NCBI RefSeq assembly: GCF_006345805.1
Contig: NC_043019.1
Coordinates: 26,659,360-26,723,359 of the forward strand
DNA from: Octopus sinensis
Taxonomy: Eukaryota
Direction: 5' to 3'
Length of the DNA: 64,000 nt
A model generated the notes under the pieces. The model was given only the letters and a program-made list of their open reading frames with translations, did no database searches and had not been told where the DNA came from. Of this stretch, positions 9,596 to 21,800 are shown in pieces (within the stretch, counting starts at the first letter, position 1; each line of letters opens with the position of its first letter). The translations under genes and the position numbers were made by a program.

Positions 9596-11712
9596 GTAAG
9601 TATCATGTCTTCTGTCATTCATCTTTGGTTGTTTTTATATACCCGAGTCTCATGTCTTGGACTACCTCTGTCTCCCAGTACCATGTATAAATGTATAGTG
9701 ATGTCAGGGTTACCATTTTATAGTGGTGGTGTCGATTAAACGACACACTATAATTTAATGAATATGAGAGAAATAGGGGGGCGCCGTCTTGTACGTAATA
9801 ACAAGAAAATAGGAATCCGTGAGAAGTTTGCAATAAGACATAACATATTTATTACTGGAGGTAATGCGTTAACATATAAGGTTAATTGAAGGAAAGCTTG
9901 TAACATTATATGAACGTGTTCTGTTTGAAATCACAAGTGAGGCGAATGTATGTGCATACAGGTGTATATGTGGCGGCCTGACTCATGTATGTCGAAGAGT
10001 TAACAGACACTGAGTGACATGAATTTAGAAATTCATTTGTTTATATAAGGGATGAACTGGAAGTCCCTGACTTCCATGTAAACTGGAAGCTTCCAGAATG
10101 TTCAAGAACTTTGTAGAAATTCGAGGGAGATTACTCTCATTAAATCCCTTTTCCATTTTTTTTCCTAACTTGACTGCCAGGGTTCACTACATATGTATCT
10201 TGTGACTGATGTAGGCAGTTTCTTCATGTCAGATGATGTTGGCAGTTTCTTCATGTCGTGCCCTCAAGTAGTTATGCAAACAAATTCTTTATGCTGCAGG
10301 GCTTTTCTAGCTGCCTGCACTTGAGTAGTTTTAAAGTGAGAATTGGTCTTGTGCAATCTAATCCTACTCTCTAGACTTGGAAGTCTGCCAGAGTAGCTCA
10401 ATGTGCTAAGACAGCTGCATTGAGGAAAAAAGCAGTATGCCCTCAATTGGCAATGCAAATCAATCTTTAATACTGTGGAGAATTTCTTGCTGCCTGCACC
10501 CCACTCTTTAGACTTGGAGCTCTGTCCACAATGGATCAGTGGGCTAAAGCAGTTGCAGTGACCAGTAAGCTGTAGGTTTTATATTTGAGTGGCCTTCTCC
10601 ATGATGACCTGCCTTACAGGGATGGTGGGGGGGGGCCCATCTACCCTGGAGTTGCTAGAAGGATGTCAAAGAGGGCACTGGGCCGCTAGAGAGTTACAAA
10701 GCAGTGAGGGTTTGTGTTTCAAGTTTCTTTCATAAAATGCTAATTAACCCACAGTTGGAACCTTGACAGGTGCTACTGATCCTGGTCACCATAGACTCAA
10801 AAACAATAATGGCTAAGAGGTGATTCCACATTCCTCGAAACTCTGAAACTCTTGACCAAGGGCCTCACTACCAGATGTTATTTAATGTCATATCCAGGAC
10901 ATACTTTCTGAGCACCACTCTCAAATTACACATTGTGTCAGTAGTTATTAATAATGGGTGCTAGCATCATGTAAAAAGCATCTCGTACAATCTGTAAAGT
11001 AGTCATGTTAGGAAGGGCATCCAACTGCAGAAAGCAAGCCAAAACAGATTATGGGACCGGGTGCAGACTCTGGCCTTACCAGCTCCTTTCAAATTGTCCA
11101 ACCCATGCCAGCATGGAAAACAAGCATTAAATGACAATGGTGGTGGGAGTACCATGTCTTGATGTGTCTCGTTTCTATTGGTGCCACACTGTGATATACC
11201 TCGTTTCAGAGAGTACCATGCCTCATTATAATTTGTGTTTGTAGCTCTGAGAAATGTGTGTGTGGTGGGGTGTACAATGTCTTGTGATGACCATCTCTTA
11301 CTGTGTTTTCAGAAATAAGGAATACCTTATTGTCATGATGAAACCAAACCTTAATTAAAGCAAGGCCAACACAGAAGGAATTAGCAGAATTTATTTGTTG
11401 AATGGTTTAGTTTTGGCAACAATATCTGCTCAATTATCTTTGATCTTCCGATCTGTGTTTGTTGCTATGTCTCAGAGTATGGTTGCTTTGTCATTCTTGG
11501 TGACCATTTCTAGTCTATACTTGCACTGCGTCTTTTCTCTTGATATTTCATAAAGCTGTCATGGCTTCTAATGCATGTCTGTTCCAAATCTGTCACACCT
11601 TGGAACAATCTGTCTGACCATCTAACAATTTTGTTAATCAATAATAATAATAATGATGATGATGATGATGATTCTTTTAATTTGCATTACATTTAAAAAA
11701 AATTTTTTTCAG

Positions 11713-11853
11713 ATTCTTATTAACAGCAATGAAAGGTGAACAAATCCGTTCCCAAGATTTCAATACTGTTATCAGTGGCATCAGTTCAAACCCCATTGGG
11801 GCAGATATTATCTGGAAATATGTAAAACAAGACTGGGAAAAGATTAAAAAACA
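11713..11853 (+). CDS. M1 aminopeptidase exon E: FLLTAMKGEQIRSQDFNTVISGISSNPIGADIIWKYVKQDWEKIKK(H)
   Basis: tttttttcag/gtaagc; 'IRxQD...V...NP+G...W.+...W' hallmark. Confidence 0.95.
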
Positions 11854-13076
11854 GTAAGCCCTTCATATCTCTCTCTCTCTCCCTCCCTCATTTTGCCCTG
11901 GGTTAACCCTCACCGACCAGACTTCTGATCAAAAATCTTTCAGACACAACCATGCCATCTTTCCATATTTTCTTTGCAAGTAAATTACCTTAGTTTCTTT
12001 TATATAAGAGGACAGAATGTGATGTGAATGGAAGTTGACTGCTACTTCTTGCAGGTCTAGTGATGTCATATAAGCTCCAATATTGTCTTTTTTTTAGTTC
12101 TATTTCTTTTGACCATGTCTCAAATATTTGACATTTCGCTGTCATATCAAAGTCAACATCGGTCAAATTTGTCTTTAATTCTTTAGCATTAAAATTACTC
12201 AATCAAATGCAATCCTTATTTATTAAAATTGCTTTGAATTAATTCATACTTTATCTTGATGCTTCAAGATTTCAAGGATGTGATTGCTTGTTTTTAGGAT
12301 AATATTGCAGGGTAGTTAAGACAGCGAGCTGGTGGAAGCGTTAGCACACCAGACAAAATTCTTAGCAGTATTTCGTCTGTCTTTACGTTCTGAGTTCAAA
12401 TTCCGCTGAGGTCAACCTTGCCTTTCATCCTTTCAGGATCAATAAATTAAGTACCAGTTTTGTACTGGGGTCGATCTAATCGACTGGCCTTGTGCCTAGA
12501 GTAGAAAACAATATTACACGGTAATTGTAAGAGGCCAGTCAGGCTGGTTTGAGCATGAGAGAGGTTGAATATTTGGGCCAGATATGGTCAGCTTAAATGC
12601 TGATGGGTTAACCTTTCTGGAGCCAGTGAAATAAATATTGGTCACTTGAAGAAGAACTGGACAAAATGATTTACTGCATTAAGTTAGAGCTGAGTTCAAG
12701 TCTGCCTTTCATCCCTCAAGGATTAATAAACTAAACTACTAGTTGACTACCGTAGGCTGGTATAACAGGAACAAGTGCAACAAAAGCAATGAAAGAGAGA
12801 CACAGAGACATACTAATAAAGAAGCTTCTACATGAGAAATTTCAAAACTCTTTGGCTTTCTGAATCAGGCTGAAGCGTAAACTAGATCTCATAGGCCAAA
12901 TATAGACAATTATTCCTAAAATCCTATTTGTAATTTAGGCCAAGATAAATGAATAATGGGGTCAATATATCAAGTGTTGCATATATATATTTACCTATTA
13001 TTTAAACATGGTAAGTCATGCACTTCAGTGGAGAAAAGATTAAAGACTGTAGTGAAAGTAAAGGATAGCCATTTTG

Positions 13077-13110
<34 letters not shown>

Positions 13111-13114
<4 letters not shown>

Positions 13115-13302
13115 TGCTAGTGAAGTACCCAACAAAGTTAATACATAAATGTCAAGGATTGCGATGCAATCAATTCATTTACTGTATTATATGGGCAAAG
13201 GTAAAATGATTTACCACAAATTACTATGTATTTCTCCAATTGATTGCATCGCAATCCTTAACATTTATGTATTAACTTTGTTGGGTACTTCACTAGCAGT
13301 AT
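13111..13302. mobile_element. MITE-like hairpin, 65-bp arms, in (TA)n
   Basis: 13111-13175 vs 13238-13302, one mismatch seen; TA on both flanks. Confidence 0.75.
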
Positions 13303-13414
13303 ATTGGATATATGTTATCCCATGGAGGGTTGCATTTACAACCCCTATCTCAATTTGTATGTATATATATATACAAAATAAGCAACAATTTGAATCTAAA
13401 TTTTGCTGAATATA

Positions 13415-13459
<45 letters not shown>

Positions 13460-13720
13460 AATATTATCAATAAATATAACAGTCAACCTTTCATTAACCA
13501 AATCCTAAAATTTTTTTATTATTGGACAGGGTGAGTGGGTTGGAAAGTAAGTTTGTGAGAGTGTGGAAAGAGGAGGGTGGCACTAGTAAAGTAAATTCTA
13601 CCCAATGCTTGTATTGCTCCACAGAAGTAGTTGGTAGCTTCTATTATCTGGGTGACTGAATCTGCAATTGAGGAAAGTGCTCAGTATGTATAGAAGCTAA
13701 GGTAAGGATAACATGTTAGT

Positions 13721-13880
13721 GAGTTATTATTGCTTCTAGGAACGAGGTGCGTTATTCAGTGAGTTATTACCTCTTCTAAGAACAAACTTTGTTATTCAGT
13801 GAGTTATTACCTCTTCTTGGAACAAAGTACATTATTCACTGAGTTATTACCTCCGCTAGGAACAAAGTGCATTATTCAGT
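13721..13880. repeat. 40-bp tandem repeat x4 (GAGTTATTACCTCTTCTAGGAACAAAGTGCATTATTCAGT-like)
   Basis: Units start at 13721, 13761, 13801 and 13841. Confidence 0.85.
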
Positions 13881-14095
13881 AGGACTGAACCCGGAACCAT
13901 GTGGTTGGTAAGCAAGCTACTTACCACACTGCCACTCCTGTGCCACTCATTTAAATAGAAATTTTACAAGAAAACAAAAATTAAAATGTTAATTTGTGCA
14001 AAGATTGTACATGTGTGTGTGTGTGTGTGAGTAAAAGAAACAAAGATTAAATTTTTCTGAAATGACCCTTTTTTTTCTTTAACTTTCATTTTTAG

Positions 14096-14174
14096 CTTTG
14101 GTGGAGCTTTTGCCCTGGGTCGTATTATCACCTCAGCCACGAAAACATTTGTGGAGGAGTCACAGCTACAGGAG
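14096..14174 (+). CDS. M1 aminopeptidase exon F: FGGAFALGRIITSATKTFVEESQLQE
   Basis: tttttag/gtgagt; phase 2 to 0. Confidence 0.9.
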
Positions 14175-14640
14175 GTGAGTATGGGGATGTCAGTTGAGGG
14201 TGGTGACGGCAGGTGGATAATGGTGGGGGTGATGGTGATGGGGTAGGTGGGCAGAAGTGGTAGCAGAGGTAGTAGTGGTAGTAGAAGTGGTGGATAGTAG
14301 TGGCAGTGATGGTAGGGGCACTGTAGTGGACAGAGATGATGGGGATAGAGGTGACAGTGATGGTGGGGGTAGTAGTGGACAGAGATGGTGGTGGTGGTGG
14401 TGGAAGTAGTAGCAGTGTTGTTGGAAGTGGTAGTAGAGGTGGTGGTAGTGTTGAGATGAAGGTAGTGGTCTTGTGTTGTGGTTGTAGTAGTAGTGATGAT
14501 GGTAATAACAGATAGAGGTGGTGGTGTGGTGGTGCGAATGATAATACCACACATAGTAGTGATGTGGTAGTGGTAGCAGATAGAGGTGATGGTGGTGGTG
14601 ATACAAGATGTAGTAATAGTAGCAGTAGTAGTAGTTAGAA
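14175..14640. repeat. (GGT/AGT/GAT)-rich low-complexity intron
   Basis: Fills the last aminopeptidase intron; source of spurious His/Thr/Pro-rich antisense ORFs. Confidence 0.85.
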
Positions 14641-14705
14641 TGCAGTAATTTGTACTGACACCTGTCAGTGTTGTCTCACCTGTTTGTTTCACCTGTGGTT
14701 TGTAG

Positions 14706-14852
14706 GTAGAGAAGTTTATGGATGAAAACCCTGAACTTGAAGATGCTAAACAATCCTTTGATGCTTCCATCGACAAAATCCGTACCAAAATAAAATGGCT
14801 GACAAAGAACTACAATCTCTTCAAGACATGGTTGGAAGGCCAAAACTTGTAA
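14706..14852 (+). CDS. M1 aminopeptidase terminal coding exon G: VEKFMDENPELEDAKQSFDASIDKIRTKIKWLTKNYNLFKTWLEGQNL*
   Basis: tttgtag acceptor; 'F.Q..E.I..NI.W...N......WL' C-terminus; TAA at 14850-14852. Confidence 0.92.
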   Translation, partial: VEKFMDENPELEDAKQSFDASIDKIRTKIKWLTKNYNLFKTWLEGQNL

Positions 14853-14912
14853 GTTGCACCTGGCTTGTATTTCCATCTATTCTTCTTCTTCTTCTTCTTA
14901 CTATTATTATTA

Positions 14913-15144
14913 GGGCAGCGAGATGGCAGAATTGTTAGCACACCGAGCAAAATGCTTAGCGGTATTTCGTCTGCTGCTATGTTCTGAGTCCAAGTTCCGC
15001 CAAGGTCGACTTTGCCTTTCATCCATTCGGGATCGATTAAATAAGTACCAGTTATGCACTGGGGTCGATATAATCGACTTAATCCGTTTGTCTGTCCTTG
15101 TTTGTCCTCTCTGTGTTTAGCCCCTTGTGGGTAGTAAAGGAACA
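14913..15144 (+). mobile_element. SINE family A, ~60 nt after the aminopeptidase stop codon
   Basis: Family A consensus. Confidence 0.88.
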
Positions 15145-16780
15145 GGTATTTCATCTCCAGCTATGTTCTGAGTTCAAATTCTGCTGAGGTTAAGTTTGCC
15201 GTTCATCCTTTCGGGGTCAATTAAATAAGTACCGGTTATGCACTGGGTTCGATGTAATCGACTTCATCCCTTAATCAACTGAATTCTCATAAAAGACATT
15301 GACAAAAAACCATTCGCAAGTGAGAGGTGTCAATGGTCTCAGTTAATTACTGTCGTCGTCATCATCTTCTTCATCATCATCTTTTAATGTCCACTTTTCC
15401 ATGCTTGCATGAATCAGACAGAATTCTACAGCTGGATGCTCTTACTGGTTCCAACCCTTGCCTATTTCCAAGTGAGGAAATATGATGCGTTTTTCACAGA
15501 AGACTGGAAACAATCTTCCTGGTGTGATAGTGATGCTTATCTATAATTATCACAGGCATGGCTGTGTGGCAAGAAGTTTGTTTCGCAACCACATGGTTCT
15601 GAGTTCAGTCCCACTGCATGGCACCTTGGGCAGATGTCTTCGACTATAGTCTCATAGCAACCAAAGCCTTGCGAATGGATTTGGTAGATGGAAACTGAAA
15701 GAAACCTGTGTGTGTGTGTGTGTGTTGTTTGTTCCGTCTCGAGCCATGCCTGGCTCATAAGGGCCGGTTTCCCGGTTTCTTGGCGTATAGGTTCCCCACC
15801 TGGATGGGATGCCGGTCCAACGCAGGTGAGCTGCAAGATGCAGGAGGAAAGAGTGAGAGAAAGTTGTGGCGAAAGAATCAGCAGAAGTTTCACCATTACC
15901 TTCTGCTGGAGTTGCGTAGAGCTTAGGTGTTTCGCTCATAAACACACACATTGCCCGGTCTGAGAGTCGAACCCGCGATCCCTCGACCGTGAGTTGACTG
16001 CTCTAACCACTAGGCCATGTGCCTCCACCGTGTGTGCGTCTTTTTGCCCGTGTTTGTCCCCCACCACAGCTTAACAACCAGTGCTAGTGTGTTTACATAT
16101 CCCTACACACACATGCAATGGACTTCTTTCAATTTCCATCTACCAAATCCACTCACAAAGCTTCAGTCAGTCCAAGGTTATAATAGAAGACACTTGCCCA
16201 AGGTGCCATGCAGTGGGATTGAACCTGGAACCATGTGGTTGGTAAGCAAGCTTCTTACCACATAGCCACTCCTGTGCCTATATCGATAATAGAATTAACA
16301 AAATTAATTTTTTTTTTCCTTTTCTATTTTCCTTCCTTTGTTGATTGCAGGTCATGATTTAATAATTTGGCATCTCACTGAATAACAGACAGCCTGTTGC
16401 AGAGAAATGAAGCGAAAAAAAAAAAAAAAAAAAAAAAGTGAAGAATATATACAAACAGGAAAACTGGGTGTATGTATGAATACATACATGCACAGAATAA
16501 TGAACAGCTTTAATTGATTTTTTTGGCTCTTATTGGGTTTCTATCAGAGGTATCTCCATCACTTAACGGATTCTGGAGAAACAAGCGACCGATCCGTTTA
16601 TACACCAGTCATATCCAGCAGCTTCAGAAGAGAATTGGAGCTGCCAGTTTGCATTCAATAAGAGTCAAGAACTTTATTTGAAATTTCTATGTGTGTGTTT
16701 GTGTGTCTATTTCTGTGTATGTGCACGTGTGTTTGGGTATGTGTGTTTAGTATGTATGTGTGTACTTACATATATATATA

Positions 16781-17094
16781 TATAAACAATTCATATATAA
16801 GGGCAAACGAAAAAATTTCTAATGCCGAAAATTGCCCCTTCCATGGGTATGAGTAAGTATCTCATTTATTTCTTTTGCCACATGTATCACTGATAAAGGG
16901 AGGGCTGTTATAAGCTAACCCTGAAATCGGTCCGATATGGTAATAATGGAATTTTTTAGAAATTTCTGTCAACCTTTTTTCGAGTAGTGCGCGTATTGTG
17001 AAAAAATTATATGGTTAATGGACAATACGTCCAATTTTTCGGCATATTTGGCATTAGAAATTTTTTCCTTTGCCCTCATTTATGAATTGTTTAT
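16781..17094 (+). mobile_element. Small inverted-repeat element (~55-bp arms) with internal hammerhead motif
   Basis: Arms 16781-16836 and 17041-17094; core at 16886-16936. Confidence 0.7.
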
Positions 17095-17271
17095 AAATTT
17101 AACCTTTGAAGGTATTTTTTAATGTGCTGGCCATTGATAAAATTTTTTTTCGAAAAAAATTTTATCCTACATTAGATATATATATATATATATACACGCA
17201 CACCATATACACGATGTCCATCCTACACTCTCTTTGTCTATTCAGCTATCTCCTCTCTCCATTTATCTGTA

Positions 17272-17329
<58 letters not shown>

Positions 17330-17336
17330 GTTGTTG

Positions 17337-18308
17337 TTTAATGTACACAATATATAGTGATGAACTACTAATAGTTTCATACATTGAAGATATTATCTAA
17401 GCAGGTTTTAAACAGTATCTCCAAGTAATCAGGCTCTGAGAACATGGTCTAAAGAAGTTAAAAACCCAGATAATAGAGCAAGAGAATTCACAAGACGAAA
17501 TGAGATGAAGGTGGATGGATAAAGGGGGGAATGTGAATTGAAAAAAATGAAAGAGAAGAGTTATGTCCCCTCTCGCCATATAGTCATAAAGCTAGTTGAT
17601 GTAGAATCAACAGAAGAGGTCTAAAATCTGCAATGCAGCTGTTAAATCTGCAAAGGATGGTGTTCTCCAGTTTGCTAAAAGAAACTTGTCCACGTAATTG
17701 CATTTGCAGAAAATTTCTGATCTGGAATTCAGGCTAACCACATATGGTGTTTGAAGGCCAACAACTCCATACCACACACAATGAAGAGGAAAGTTATAGA
17801 AAAGTCCATGCTATAAGCTAATAGATAAAAGAAGATGCAAGTTATGAGTAGCAGAAAGATTGCATATTTTTTTTAGATCTAAGAATTCTACAGCACTGTT
17901 GAATTCCAGATCAGAAATTTTCAACACGTGCAAACATATGGACAAGTTTCTATTGGGGAATTGGAGAACACTACCCTCTCCAGGTTTAGCAGCTGTATCA
18001 CAGACTTTAGATACTATCTGTTGATTCTACAACATCAAGTCTTATGACTCTACTGTCAATGAGGACAAACTCTAATTCTTCATTTTTTTTTTCTGCTGTT
18101 TTTCACCCTTTGACCTTCCCCATCCATCTTCATCTTGTCTTTTCTCATTATTTCTGTTGTTCTATTGTCTTGATTTGTAACTCATATAGGCCACATGCTC
18201 AGAGCTGGAGAGGTTACTTGGACACATCAGGTGTGATTTAAAACCCACCTTGATAATATCTTCAATCTATGAAACTATTTATAGCTCATATATGCTGTGT
18301 ATATTAAA
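17337..18308. mobile_element. Old foldback element: ~390-bp diverged inverted arms, ~170-bp spacer
   Basis: 17337-17731 vs 17900-18308; ORF-track peptides 17397-17579(-) and 18044-18241(+) are visibly homologous. Confidence 0.75.
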
Positions 18309-18380
18309 TAATATTTATCTCTCACCAGATGGAGTACATTTATAGTTGAGGTTACCTTAACAAAAAGTATATATATACAC

Positions 18381-18430
<50 letters not shown>

Positions 18431-18441
<11 letters not shown>

Positions 18442-18810
18442 TAATAAAGCGTTATTTGCAACAAGTTGCTTAAACCACATACCGAAAATATTAGAAATAG
18501 CAGCCAAATAGGTTACCATTACTATTACTACAAAAATAAGCATTTCTAGATTTATGGGAAATATTATGTTGATAGGGAAATGAATTTTTGATTCTAATCC
18601 AGAAACGATCGTCCATTATTGATCCAAAGTAGACTGTGTGATTTCGTTGTCTTCCTTCTTTTTACCATATACGGGTTACAAATACTGTTGTTTGTGGAGA
18701 CTTATTTTTGTAGTAATAGTAATGGTAACCTATTTGGCTGCTATTTATAATATTTTCTGTATGTGGTTTAAGCAACTTGTTGCAAATAACCCTTTATTAT
18801 AATTATATAT
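18431..18810. mobile_element. Inverted-repeat element (~110-bp arms) with decayed hammerhead-like motif, in (TA)n
   Basis: 18431-18540 vs 18701-18810; GAAACGATCGTC at 18602-18613. Confidence 0.72.
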
Positions 18811-18951
18811 AATTTTTACCGAATATGGTCCTTTCCATACCGAAAGACTACTAGGTGAAATTTATTAATTTTATTAAATTAATTATATTTCACCCTTTAT
18901 ATGTATATATATATATGTATATATGTATATATACATATATATACATATATA

Positions 18952-18984
<33 letters not shown>

Positions 18985-19027
18985 TGTTTAAATATTTCTG
19001 ATTAGTTATTAAAATATTACAATTAAC

Positions 19028-19120
19028 CTGAAGATTGACTGTAACCATAATTCGAATTATTAATTGAATTTAAATTATTGTTATTCGAATTGGTTACTGG
19101 TATGAAACGATCGTAGTGTT
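19028..19120 (+). ncRNA. Hammerhead-like motif with long stem II
   Basis: CTGAAGA 19028-19034; GTAACCA/TGGTTAC and TTCGAAT/ATTCGAA stems; GAAACGATCGTA 19104-19115; stem I weak. Confidence 0.55.
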
Positions 19121-19401
19121 TTTACTATTTATCTTATATTAAACTTTTAATACTTTTTGATAGTTATATAATTTACAAAAAAAAATGAAATAATAATATA
19201 TATATATATTTAAAATTTATAAGTTTAAATAATTTTTTAAATTTTAACTTTAATTTAAATATTTTAATTTGGAATTTTATATTTTATATTTTTTATATTT
19301 TTTAAATTAATTTTTCTCTATGTATTGGCTTATGATTTTCACTGTTTGATTTGCCTAATAGTGGTTTTATCTCTAATTTAATATAATATACATACATATA
19401 T

Positions 19402-19453
<52 letters not shown>

Positions 19454-20043
19454 GTATGTATGTATGTATGTATATGTCTATGTATGTATGTATGTATGTA
19501 TGTATATATATAAATATATACAAATAATTTGTGTCTGTACATATCATAATCTGCATGAAAATGCAAGAAGTATTTTTTTAATGCATTTTACAGAGAAGAA
19601 AAAGAGCAATTTATACGTAATTGAGTTTGTATAAGGGCTATGTCTATGCATGCATGTTGTGTGTCTGTCGTGTATGTATGCATGTAAATGTAGTATATGT
19701 TGTGTGTATTGTGTGCGTATTGGTTAACCTGTGAAAGGCAAGGAGAGAGAGAGAGGGACTTCAATGCGTCTGTTACAGACCCAACAATATGTAACACATA
19801 GACTATTCATTATAATTTGTATTACAATCTGTAAATGTTTTATTTTTAAAATAAACTTGATTTTTTAAATATTTTAAATGTATTTCATTATAATTTTTAA
19901 TGTTTTAAAATCAGTAAACATACTGATCTCAAATTTTGGCACAACGCCAGCAATTTAGTAGGACATGAATTTATTATTTTTACTGTAGCTTGAGTTGGTT
20001 GTTCCAGATAGACGCTAACCCGCTAAGGTTAGCATTATCTATA

Positions 20044-20351
20044 ACTAGCAGTATCACCCGGCGTTGCTCGGGTTTGTAAGGGAAATAACTATATAAGCAT
20101 TTTTAGAGAGTTACTTCCCTTATATAAAACCGAGCGAAAAATGGATTAAAAATGCGGAAAAATGATGGTAAATTTTTTTTAAAATTGTAGACTCATCGTA
20201 GATGCGCGCTAATACCCAGAAGGGCTCGATATGAATCACGACTATAAGATACCCGCTTTTGGTTAAACTGCACCGCAAAATGTGGGAGTAGTTAGGAATC
20301 TAAATCGAAGGGGACAGACACACACACAGCTACAGTTTTATATATAAAGAT
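20044..20351 (+). mobile_element. Lep1-like non-autonomous Helitron-type element
   Basis: 5' ACTAGCAGTATCACCCGGCGTTGCTCGGG hairpin; 3' (CA)n..TTTTATATATAAAGAT; no TIR or TSD. Confidence 0.65.
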
Positions 20352-20363
20352 AAAATGACTTAA

Positions 20364-20593
20364 AGGCGGGGAGCTGGCAGAAACGTTAGCACGCTGGGCG
20401 AAATGCGTAGCTGTATTTCATCTGTCGTTACGTTCCGAGTTCAAATTCCGCCGAGATCGACTTTGCCTTTCATCCTTTCGGGGTCGATAAATTAAGTACC
20501 AGTTACGCACTGAGGTTGATGTAATCGACTTAATCCCTTTGTCTGTCTTGTTTGTCCCCTCTGTGTTTAGCCCCTTGTGGGTAGTAAAGAAAT
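20364..20593 (+). mobile_element. SINE family A
   Basis: Family A consensus. Confidence 0.88.
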
Positions 20594-21194
20594 ATATAAT
20601 AGAACGACTTTGGATGGGGAGGTAACTCAGTGCATGGTTGATTTAAATTAGGGAGGGGAGGTAAGTCACTACACGCCACTAATTTGGTAGATTGGATTGC
20701 TAATTCTTTGGCGCGTTCCAAAATTAAAGGTTCAGTCAGTTTCGGTAAAGACATTGAACCATCCACTTCATACTTTACAACTGCTCTTCTATTCATTTTT
20801 AATAGAGCATGGAATTATAACTTGGAGCAACTTTAGTAATTATGGCTATCAAGACAAATTTATTTTAACAACTTTGAGGCAGTAAAGATTGTTTGCCAAC
20901 ATAACATGGCAGTCCTGGTTTAGGACTAATGTTGCTGTAATTTAGCCCCGGGAAACATCGTCTCCTGCTGGCTATACGACACGATCTGTCCTTATATTTT
21001 CGAACAAGGGAATCTAGCATCCCAACCCAGCTCAAAACAATCTTTATGTCTCTGCATGTGTCCTCCACTACCACTTTATTTAGACTAAGCTCTTCAAAGT
21101 AGTGCTCCAGTATGGCCGCAGTCGTATAACTGAAGCAAAAAAAAGAAACAGAAAAAAGAGAGTGCAATGAATTGGACCTTTGACAGTGAAATAT

Positions 21195-21421
21195 GAGCTG
21201 GCAGAAACGTTAGCACGCCGGGCGAAATGCGTAGCCGTATTTCGTCTGTCGTTACGTTCTGAGTTCAAATTCCGCCAAGGTCGACTTTGCCGTTCATCCT
21301 TTCGGGGTCGATTAAATAAGTACCAGTTACACACTGGGATCAATGTAATCGACTTAATACCTATGTCTGTCCTTGTTTGTCCCCTCTGTGTTTAGCCCCT
21401 TGTGGGTAGTAAAGAAATAGA
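21195..21421 (+). mobile_element. SINE family A
   Basis: Family A consensus. Confidence 0.88.
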
Positions 21422-21529
21422 TATTTAGGACTATAGCCTCATTGTAGGACCACAGTATAATGTGCCAAATTTTTTACCAGTTTGACCTGTTCTCAAGTGC
21501 ATTCAGCCATTTAAGTACTCTATATTCAT

Positions 21530-21800
21530 CATCATCATCATCTAACGTCCATTTTTCATGCTGGCATGGGTTGAACGGTTCGACTGGGGTCTGGAAAGCC
21601 AGGAGGCTGCACCAGGCCCCAATCTGGTCTGGCAGTGTTTCTACAGCTGGATGCCTTTCCTAATGCCAACCCTTCCGAGAGTATAGTGGGTGCTTTTTTT
21701 ACATGCCACCGGCACAGGGGCCAGAGGTGCTGGCATCAACCATGATTGGATGGTGCTTTCTATGTGCCACCGGCACAGAAGCCAGACAAAGCGGCACAAA
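21530..21800 (-). mobile_element. RTE-type LINE 3'-tail repeat (family D, (GAT)n end); further copies at ~26490-26850, 35620-35830, 37150-37880, 43570-43720, 49275-50020, 51540-51715, 53780-53960, 58020-58340
   Basis: Shared GGAAGGGCATCCAGCTGTAGAAAC..CCCATGCTAGCATGGAAAGCGGAC..(GAT)n; clade assigned from recalled similarity to RTE 3' ends. Confidence 0.65.

Noticed and set aside
13964-14788. 274-aa, 140-aa and 138-aa minus-strand ORFs rich in Thr/His/Pro
   Set aside because: Antisense reading of the (GGT/AGT) low-complexity intron and flanking aminopeptidase exons.
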